Source: an uncultured virus (IMG/VR IMGVR_UViG_3300001419_000001)
Lineage: Duplodnaviria; Heunggongvirae; Uroviricota; Caudoviricetes
Strand: one strand, 5' to 3'
IMG/VR virus record: IMGVR_UViG_3300001419_000001
Span: 47,123-67,122 of that record
DNA length: 20,000 bases
A program made the position numbers and the translations under genes. Below the pieces are notes generated by a model that was not told the DNA's origin, made no database searches, and worked only from the letters and a program-made list of their open reading frames with translations. This document shows, piece after piece, positions 8,091-15,870 of the stretch; position 1 is the first letter of the stretch; each line of letters starts with the position of its first letter.

Positions 8091-9326
8091 TTAGATTTCG
8101 TATACAAGTTGTGTTATTGGATTGGTTTGTAATTTTTCAATAGCATCTGCTTTCATGTCATCCATGTATTGAATCATTCTTTGGCACACAGCGTGTCTTA
8201 GTGTTTCTTCGTCTGTTGGACTGTTCCAATCTGGGGCAACACCATTAAAAAATTCTTCAGTATATGCTGCTCTATATCTGCTTATTCGTTGACCCATGGC
8301 TTGTTCGTCTTCTGGAAGATCTGTCCAATCTAGAGGATATGTCGATAGATCAAACGCACTCGGTACCCAAAAAGTTTGACCAGACCATAAAGTAAAGTTA
8401 TTATACGACCCATTTTCCAATGCTGGATAAATCATTTCATCTCTTACTTCTTCACTACCTACAAATATTGGCAAATAATTATCACCAATATTTATATATT
8501 GATACATTGGACATAGCATTGGAATTATTAGTTTGTCTTGGTTTCTGTCTTCATTGTGTCTTTTACTTGCTTCTATATTATAATGCACCCATCTTTTAGT
8601 TTGTTCAGATCTTTCTGGGGCTACATATTTATCAAAAAATGAAGGTGATATGTAATCCTGCTCATCAAGAAGTGGACCATATGCTGTTACATATTGATTT
8701 AATCTTTCGTTTATTAAATCATACTGATTACTTTGCTCTAATCCTAACCAAGTATTGCTAAAGATAAAGAATCTAACATTTGGTTCACCATAAAAAGCCC
8801 ATTTAATTTGTGGAAATGAATTTTTAACTTTTTGGATAAGATCAATCATTTCATTCAATGCATGGAAATAATTATCATTTGGTGGATTGCTTACGCCTTG
8901 AGCCAACCAACTCATGTATGGGGTTTCAAAATCAAGAATCCCATATTCTGCGTCGTTTAACCAAGGTCGTCCTGCAATGTAATTAAGAACTGCTGAATCA
9001 TTTATAGTACCAGTACTATTTGAATCGCCTGCTGCTTGAGGAACATATAGTTCTCTTTTGTGTCCTTTAGCAAGTGCCTGTTCATTGTATGTTGGTGTTG
9101 GTGGTGCTATCAAAGGCTCTGGTAAGTTATCATAATGGACAGCAGATGAATATGCATATGAGTTATCTCTAATCCAAACCTTATCAATTTTTTTCAGTTG
9201 TCCTTCTTCTCTAATCCATACATCACTTATTTCTAAGGCTGTTCCTGTGTTGTCTCTAATCCACAGTTTTCCATTCTCTTCTGGTGGTCCTCCGGGTTGG
9301 CTCGGTCCTCCAATATGATTACTCAT
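8091..9326 (-). CDS. Putative receptor-binding glycoside hydrolase (GH56/GH18-like TIM barrel with DxE) with an N-terminal WIR-repeat module
   Basis: 411 aa. Three WIR[DE] repeats (residues 21-54), Pro-rich linker, then YGILDFE, IQKVKNSFPQIKWAFYGEP, DYISPSFF and FTLWSG, in the same order as hyaluronidase GH56 motifs. ATGA-coupled to the upstream fibre gene. Confidence 0.55.
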   Translation of the reverse strand: MSNHIGGPSQPGGPPEENGKLWIRDNTGTALEISDVWIREEGQLKKIDKVWIRDNSYAYSSAVHYDNLPEPLIAPPTPTYNEQALAKGHKRELYVPQAAGDSNSTGTINDSAVLNYIAGRPWLNDAEYGILDFETPYMSWLAQGVSNPPNDNYFHALNEMIDLIQKVKNSFPQIKWAFYGEPNVRFFIFSNTWLGLEQSNQYDLINERLNQYVTAYGPLLDEQDYISPSFFDKYVAPERSEQTKRWVHYNIEASKRHNEDRNQDKLIIPMLCPMYQYINIGDNYLPIFVGSEEVRDEMIYPALENGSYNNFTLWSGQTFWVPSAFDLSTYPLDWTDLPEDEQAMGQRISRYRAAYTEEFFNGVAPDWNSPTDEETLRHAVCQRMIQYMDDMKADAIEKLQTNPITQLVYEI

Positions 9327-10399
9327 TGTTGGGCTTTCCTAAATATGATCTGGCCTTCTGGTCCAGAGGTTTCTGGTTGATCTCCTGTCTCGATTACTAC
9401 AAAGTAAGGAACGGCTGTTCCATAGGTGTGATTGGGTGATGTTGTCATTCTTAACGGCTTACTCACTACTGGGTTGGCTCTTTCTACTGCCCCAATCTCA
9501 TAAGAGTTTAATCCGTCTCCACCTAAACCACTGCCCGGTGCAGCAGTCTGTCTTGTTGTTGTGTGATGTCTTGTAACATGGGTTGGTAAATCATCAGCAG
9601 TGGCTGCTGTGATGCTGTCAATAAACCCATCAGCATTTGTTGAGAGTTTGTAAATATTCAGTGATTGATTTGGAGTTAGCTCAACATCTGATTTACGAAC
9701 AACACTTGTAGATATAGTTGGTGGGTTACTAACAGTTGCAGTAGTAAATGAACCTAAAGCAGATGAAATTGATGATGTAAAACTTCCAGTTTGTGCCACT
9801 ATAGTGGTTGAAAGTATGGTCCCAAGTGTGGATATCCCCGGTACTTCAATATTCCCATTAAAGGTAGCGAGACCAGTAAAAACTGATGTGGATCCTACAG
9901 CTAAAGTAGTTGGGCTTAGGTTTGCTATTGACAATGTGCCTGATAAATCTGCATCAATGGACCAAATTTTCTTTACTCTATTTGAAGTAGATCCAATGTC
10001 ATATAGATTATTTGTTCCGGGTAGTATATCACCATTGAAGGTTAAGTCATTGATAATGGATCCAGTCTCTTTGATATCTGTTGATCCTGCTTGAAACCTA
10101 TCACTCAATATCTTGTCTGGGTATATTTCTGTATTATCAGATGTTGACTGAATTGTTATCTTTGAGTTTGTATTTGAGTTACTAGAAATTACAATTGATT
10201 GGAGGCTTGATGCATTAGCACTTCCAATTGTTAAACTAGATGGTGTCCATATTGAATTGTTATCACTTGATCTTAGGCTTGTTGTATAGGTGCCATTTGT
10301 TTTGGCAATAAAATCATTTGAAAAATCAGACGAGGTACAGTTACATCCACCAGTTTGATCGCTGGAGATAATCTCAATAATATCATAATTCTGTGGCAT
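9323..10399 (-). CDS. Tail fibre shaft-like protein (Ser/Thr-rich)
   Basis: 358 aa, very Ser/Thr/Gly-rich. Contains GDILPGTNNLYDIGSTSNRVKKIW (a recurrent phage-fibre motif), a His motif THVTRHH...GGDGL...EIGA, and a C-terminal TGDQPETSGPEGQIIFR. AAGGAG SD. Confidence 0.65.
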   Translation of the reverse strand: MPQNYDIIEIISSDQTGGCNCTSSDFSNDFIAKTNGTYTTSLRSSDNNSIWTPSSLTIGSANASSLQSIVISSNSNTNSKITIQSTSDNTEIYPDKILSDRFQAGSTDIKETGSIINDLTFNGDILPGTNNLYDIGSTSNRVKKIWSIDADLSGTLSIANLSPTTLAVGSTSVFTGLATFNGNIEVPGISTLGTILSTTIVAQTGSFTSSISSALGSFTTATVSNPPTISTSVVRKSDVELTPNQSLNIYKLSTNADGFIDSITAATADDLPTHVTRHHTTTRQTAAPGSGLGGDGLNSYEIGAVERANPVVSKPLRMTTSPNHTYGTAVPYFVVIETGDQPETSGPEGQIIFRKAQQ

Positions 10400-10408
10400 G
10401 GTATCTCC

Positions 10409-12256
10409 TTATACTATTGGTAGTTTACTTGCTCTGGCTGGGGTTACAAATAGTGTTGTTGCACTTACAGCAACACCAATTGGATCTACCAATGCACCAG
10501 AACCTGATGGGGATGTAGATGTAATTCCTCCTGCAACTGTAGCAGATAGCCAATACCAGTTTCCAATTTCCAAATTGGTAAATCCAGACACGGCTCCAAT
10601 AAATACAACAGAAAAACTTTGGTTGTCTGATGAACCAGACAGTCCATCAATCATTCCTATTCCAAGTGTTGCTGGATTGTTTGCTTGTGATTTTGTCCAC
10701 AGACCTGTTCCATTGTCTAAATAAACAACATCCCTATTTGCTAATGAAGTGTTTGATCCTGCTACTTGCCAAGCAACATGGTTTGTTACTGGTGAGCCAA
10801 TGCCAGCAATAATCTTACCAGTTGCATCTGTTTTAAGATAATCCGCACTTTGAACATTGTCAACTACCACATCCCAACCAGTTATTGTATTTGATGTTGT
10901 TATGGTTCCTATTGTACCAATATTTCCTGTTGTTGCAGAAAGACTAAGGGTTGGAACAAATGGCGATGAGCATGAGGCTAAAGTACCAAACTGGGCGTCT
11001 CTACCAAACCTAACTCCTGTAAACGGTGGCTCGTTGTTAACATCGAGAGTATCATTACCATAGCAATCCTGTGTTTCTCCATTAGAAAACCATATTAGTT
11101 TGTTTATAAACTCTACTGTTCCACCATCAATATAATGGCTTGTGGCACCAGCAAACAAACTGTCATCGTTTATTGTAAACAATACATCTCCAGATGATGT
11201 ATTAGTTGAGGCTGTTGATTTGACAACCTCAAATGCATTGTGATTTCCTCTACCTTTAACAGATACCACTGGAGTATTTACTACTGTGTCGGTTGGAGTA
11301 TAATTAAACCAATTGTTTCCAGAAGAGTACACACTTCCTTTAGCCCAGATAGACATGTTGTTGTTGAGTATAAGGGAATTACTGGAAGTAAGGTTGAATA
11401 TGATATCGTTACTAGAATTGTTTACTGATAATACATCTGTAGATTGACTTGCATGTGTTATGATTTTTAATGCTGAGGCATTTGCATTTGAAACTTTTAT
11501 AGTGTTCCACTCAAGTTCTTCTCCAGTTACACCCGGAAGTTTTCTAATGTATCCTAGACTATTCAATACTGTTGATTTTTGCGATGACCAATATGCTACA
11601 CCACCTCCGCTTTCCGATGGTTGGTTTTGTAGCGTTCCTGTGTGGCTAGTTGTACAATACCAAACAGTATCATTAGTTGCTTCTGTATTAGGATCGTCAT
11701 GTTTAACAACATCACCTTGGATATAACTAGTACCCTCTTGCCAAGACTCAACCAATCCTAAATTATTAAGGACTGCATCAATTTCTGTTTTGTTATAGTA
11801 GTTGGCAAGAGAAGCACTGATAAATGAATAGATGTCTGCATCCTCTCCATCCAATCGTGCTGCCTCTTCTTCCAACAAGTGAAGTGCCTGAGTATTTACA
11901 ACATTCAAATCTCTGCCACTTAACTTTGCACCATCAACAAAAGTAGTATATAGGCTAGTGGAAGTAACCCTAACTAACTTAAGTTTGTGTATTGCAGGAT
12001 CTAGATATGCTGGAATCTGCTCATTGCTTTGTCCTGTATAGGTAGCATTTTTTAAACTGACCGTTGATGCGTTGCTTAAAGTATGGATCCATGATGGTCT
12101 ATATAGTTCAGTCCATGGGTTGGTGTTGTTGTCAACCGCAAAGTAAATCTTTAATTGAGCAACCCCAAGTTCTTGAATGAGTTGTATAGGAGACCATGAT
12201 ATAAATTCAATATCATAACCACTTCCTGCTGATTTGATTACTTCTACTGTAGCCAT
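10409..12256 (-). CDS. Tail fibre protein with N-terminal T7 gp17-like anchor, CBM5/12-like module and C-terminal beta-rich domain
   Basis: 615 aa. KLVRVTSTSLYTTFVDGAKLSGRDLNVVNTQALHLLEE matches the gp17 N-domain end (ELRRVTS...FTDGSILRAYDLN.AQIQTMHVAEE). WQEGTSYIQGDVVKH...VWYCTTSHT...W is CBM5/12-like. Confidence 0.8.
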   Translation of the reverse strand: MATVEVIKSAGSGYDIEFISWSPIQLIQELGVAQLKIYFAVDNNTNPWTELYRPSWIHTLSNASTVSLKNATYTGQSNEQIPAYLDPAIHKLKLVRVTSTSLYTTFVDGAKLSGRDLNVVNTQALHLLEEEAARLDGEDADIYSFISASLANYYNKTEIDAVLNNLGLVESWQEGTSYIQGDVVKHDDPNTEATNDTVWYCTTSHTGTLQNQPSESGGGVAYWSSQKSTVLNSLGYIRKLPGVTGEELEWNTIKVSNANASALKIITHASQSTDVLSVNNSSNDIIFNLTSSNSLILNNNMSIWAKGSVYSSGNNWFNYTPTDTVVNTPVVSVKGRGNHNAFEVVKSTASTNTSSGDVLFTINDDSLFAGATSHYIDGGTVEFINKLIWFSNGETQDCYGNDTLDVNNEPPFTGVRFGRDAQFGTLASCSSPFVPTLSLSATTGNIGTIGTITTSNTITGWDVVVDNVQSADYLKTDATGKIIAGIGSPVTNHVAWQVAGSNTSLANRDVVYLDNGTGLWTKSQANNPATLGIGMIDGLSGSSDNQSFSVVFIGAVSGFTNLEIGNWYWLSATVAGGITSTSPSGSGALVDPIGVAVSATTLFVTPARASKLPIV

Positions 12257-12258
12257 TG

Positions 12259-15200
12259 TTATCCCTCAAACAAATTGGTTTGTGGAGTTGTCACCGTGTA
12301 GAAACTCACCCTAATATTTGCAGGGATTCCAAGACGGATAAACTGTACTGCTGTTTCAAGACTAAATGCTGCGGCAGATCCACCATCTGTTGGGCTATTG
12401 TTGTGCTTATTGATATACATATCTTCATAATAAGGTGGATGATTATTTATATTTGATGTGCTATTTGCTTCTGGTTGTGCAACAGAAGTACTATCCCAAT
12501 CATGAGCGTGATAATCTGCCAGCCAATCCAATGCAAGTTGTCTAAAGTTACCATCACTATCAGCATATACATCAATTAAACCAATTCGTTTAAGTCTTGG
12601 TACCTTAAGAACAAGATCAAATCCATTACCTGTCTTGTTCCTAATGTCAATACCAAGTTTTTCATAAGGATAAGTATCCCATGCTCTTACTACATTGGCA
12701 TCAAAGTCATCTGGGTAAATATGATAACCATCTGAGTTGGTTCCGCCAGATCCAATTTGAGTGCATCCGGTGCCCCCGTCATCACAACCATCAATGTACT
12801 TCTCTACCTTTGCTACAATCTCATAACAATTTGCATCAGGGCAGTTTGTAGTTGTTACAGACCCAGCCGTAGAGAATTGAACTTCAAACACATACTCATC
12901 ATACATGTCAGGAAGAACTCTTTCAAGGTTTGTGAATACTTTATTTGCGTCAACTTTGATTGAATAACTACCGCCCTTAGCCATGGTTAAATCAGTAGGA
13001 TCTGCTAAATAATCTGTATACCAGTTTGTAGATGCTGGTAGAATAGTATAACTATTGTCATTTTCAAGAGATACTTTAGCAGGATCAAATGGATTATAAT
13101 AACTGGTACTGTCTATATTGGCTGGATCGCTTGAGTCATTCCCACTATCATAACCTGTTATCCACCATCGCCAATAGAACCAGTTGCTCCCAGTCCCTGC
13201 TCCAAGATATGTTGAAACATCAGTGGGAATCCCCGACTCATCAACTTTACCAAGCGTATCCATATTACCATCCCATACGATATACGAAGGTGGGCTTCCT
13301 GTTCCATCCCACAGATGCGATAGGTAGTATGTAACAACACTTGGTACATGTTTTGTATTGGAGTAGTTATTAAGATTCAATGCATCGGTAAATTGATAAT
13401 TGACAGTAATCATACTGTTTGTTTGATCTGTATATTGAACACTTGCATTTGGATAATCGGTCAATGGATGTTCTTCTGTATAACCAAGTGCTGTGCCCCA
13501 GTCAGATTTATTAATGACACTGCGAACTCTAGAAAGATATCTGTCTGTAGTTGGGTTAAGTGTCCCACTTGTAAACTCTAATCCAAAGGTATGGGTCTTG
13601 CTTGGGTTGTATAAGAACTTTTCAATATTGGTCATATATAACTTGTTCTTGCATACTGAGCAAGTAAGTGCAGGCCATGGCCTATAGTATGCCAAATCTG
13701 ATTGTGTTGGATCTGATCCTGTTAGAGTACCCCCTGTGCCGGGGTGGTCTAAGGTATCAAACTTGTTGATATCAAAATAAGCAAGGGGATAGTCTGATAT
13801 ACTTGAAATATTTCTACCCTCTCCTCTACCAATTTCCCATCTAAATGATGTTAGGATTATGCCGCCAGATGCCGTGCTGGTACTGATTTGATTTGCAATA
13901 TATACTGGTAGTTGTTCCGTTGGATCTCCTAGTTGATCTGAGATCTGTTGCTGTGCGGCGTAGTATCCCAACCCAAAGGATGTAATGGCATTGGGTATTA
14001 GATCCTTGGGTACAGCCATGCAGCCTGTAGTCAATGCTCCCCATGCAGCATCTATATCAGTATCACACTGCCCTAGAACATAATAGTCATCAAGATCATT
14101 ATTGGCTGTTGTGTTGTAGGTTTCAAAGGTTTCAAAGTAAGTTGCAGCGGCTGGCAGGGATGCATTAACCCAATTGGTTCCGTTGAAAGAAAGGAACTCC
14201 CCACTTGTTACACTGGTAATGCTTACATTATTTAGATTATCTAAAGTAATATTACCAGCAATCTGTGAGGGTGGTGCCCCCACAAATGATCCATTACCAT
14301 CCCAAATCAATACATCATTAGCAGTTACGCTTGACAGGTCAAAGTTAAATGGAGAACTGGTTGATGGTGTTACTGTAAACAATGCTCCACCTGACCCATC
14401 ATCATTAGCAACTTGATAATAGTTGTTACTTGCAAATTCCTTTTCTTGAATTAAGAAGAGCAACTGGTGCAAAGATGTATTAAGATCTTCAGCACTTAAC
14501 TTGGCTCCATCCTTGAATGTCAAGAACATTCTCTTGTCATCACTACATCTTTCAAATCTTAATTTTGCAAACCCAGCAACAGTAACCGATTGTTGTAAAG
14601 TAACTGTTGCATCTTGCTCATTGATTTGGAAATCAGTCTCATAAGTTAGTTGAGTTTTGTTTCCGCTTCCATCTACAAGATAGACACATAATTGAAGTGA
14701 GTCAGGTACAGAACACAGTGTTGCTACATTACCGTATCCATAGGGGGTTCCAGTAGTAGGATTATCATATTCAATAATAACCGAGGCACCCAAGTTGGAT
14801 GGGTTGTAATAGATTGGATCATTTGTATTAAAATCGTAACACACTGTTTCTTCTCCTGTTGTACAGTCTGGATTGTATGGGTTTGGACATGGATCATCTT
14901 CATAACAACCAAACCAAATAGGAATGTAACTTCCTCCGCACTCATAACAATTGGCACTAAAGTCTGCACATTGTGGTGGTTCACATGCCCCTTGTTCGAC
15001 TTCTTCGCAAGTAATCCATATAGAACTGTTTGGGCATTGACAACAATTTACACTGCATTGTTCAGCAGTTGGGTCAATGTTACAGTACTCACATGATTGG
15101 CAAAAACTTTCAGGCATTGGGTATCCATATGGTTGACACCCTTCACCACACGTTGGACAACATAAATCTTCTGGTGCCCAGATACCACAGTTTTCAAAAC

Positions 15201-15858
15201 CCGGATAACAACACTCAACACAGCCGGGTTCTCCGGGTACACAGCATGTTGATGGACATGTTTCAGTAGATGGGATTAACTTACATCCGCCGCCCTCACC
15301 ACACGGGCATGGAACATAATCATCACATCCACCATTACATGGATTGCACAATGAATCTTCACTGTCGCAATCAACAAACTGACCATATTCATTTATACAT
15401 TTATTGTTATCCAGCGCATCACATTGAAAAACCCCACAAAGAGTTAGATCATAATTGCAATCTTCTGGAATAACACCACAAGGAATTGTTGATCCATTGT
15501 CGCAAAATTCACCAAGTGCATCACAAAATGCTCCCCCTAAATTGTCTGCACATTGTTCACATATACCGCAATTGCAGTTTTCTTGGCCTACATATTTAGA
15601 CATTATACAAATTAACGACCAAAGAGTATTACCGCAGTTGTTGTATAAATCACAAATATTACAAATAGATGATCCTAATGCAGCAAGTTGGTGTGTAGGA
15701 TTATCAGGATTAAGGCCGGGAGAAATAGTAATCTTTGGATTGGATCCATAATAACTATTCCACTGAGCGTTTTCATTCTCCGTCTTCTCAAAGGCGTATT
15801 GCACCCATTGAGCATTTGTAAACCATCTATATGACGGTGAACGAATCCAGTCAGCCAT
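12259..15858 (-). CDS. Large tail fibre/spike protein: Cys-rich N-terminal extension, internal gp17-like anchor domain, unknown C-terminal region
   Basis: 1199 aa, AAGGAG SD. 49 Cys in residues 66-340. Residues ~360-472 resemble the gp17 N-domain (LRFERCSDDKRMFLTFKDGAKLSAEDLNTSLHQLLFLIQE). Then two fibre-type repeats (VTANDVLIWDGNGSFV; VTSGEFLSFNGTNWVN). Confidence 0.75.
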   Translation of the reverse strand: MADWIRSPSYRWFTNAQWVQYAFEKTENENAQWNSYYGSNPKITISPGLNPDNPTHQLAALGSSICNICDLYNNCGNTLWSLICIMSKYVGQENCNCGICEQCADNLGGAFCDALGEFCDNGSTIPCGVIPEDCNYDLTLCGVFQCDALDNNKCINEYGQFVDCDSEDSLCNPCNGGCDDYVPCPCGEGGGCKLIPSTETCPSTCCVPGEPGCVECCYPGFENCGIWAPEDLCCPTCGEGCQPYGYPMPESFCQSCEYCNIDPTAEQCSVNCCQCPNSSIWITCEEVEQGACEPPQCADFSANCYECGGSYIPIWFGCYEDDPCPNPYNPDCTTGEETVCYDFNTNDPIYYNPSNLGASVIIEYDNPTTGTPYGYGNVATLCSVPDSLQLCVYLVDGSGNKTQLTYETDFQINEQDATVTLQQSVTVAGFAKLRFERCSDDKRMFLTFKDGAKLSAEDLNTSLHQLLFLIQEKEFASNNYYQVANDDGSGGALFTVTPSTSSPFNFDLSSVTANDVLIWDGNGSFVGAPPSQIAGNITLDNLNNVSITSVTSGEFLSFNGTNWVNASLPAAATYFETFETYNTTANNDLDDYYVLGQCDTDIDAAWGALTTGCMAVPKDLIPNAITSFGLGYYAAQQQISDQLGDPTEQLPVYIANQISTSTASGGIILTSFRWEIGRGEGRNISSISDYPLAYFDINKFDTLDHPGTGGTLTGSDPTQSDLAYYRPWPALTCSVCKNKLYMTNIEKFLYNPSKTHTFGLEFTSGTLNPTTDRYLSRVRSVINKSDWGTALGYTEEHPLTDYPNASVQYTDQTNSMITVNYQFTDALNLNNYSNTKHVPSVVTYYLSHLWDGTGSPPSYIVWDGNMDTLGKVDESGIPTDVSTYLGAGTGSNWFYWRWWITGYDSGNDSSDPANIDSTSYYNPFDPAKVSLENDNSYTILPASTNWYTDYLADPTDLTMAKGGSYSIKVDANKVFTNLERVLPDMYDEYVFEVQFSTAGSVTTTNCPDANCYEIVAKVEKYIDGCDDGGTGCTQIGSGGTNSDGYHIYPDDFDANVVRAWDTYPYEKLGIDIRNKTGNGFDLVLKVPRLKRIGLIDVYADSDGNFRQLALDWLADYHAHDWDSTSVAQPEANSTSNINNHPPYYEDMYINKHNNSPTDGGSAAAFSLETAVQFIRLGIPANIRVSFYTVTTPQTNLFEG

Positions 15859-15870
15859 GTTGATTCTCCT

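Noticed and set aside
14839..15663. Cys-rich region as a tandem repeat, DGR target or eukaryotic contamination
   Set aside because: No nucleotide-level repeat unit or template/variable repeat pair is visible, there is no reverse transcriptase in the window, and the segment is in frame with a phage anchor domain behind a proper SD.
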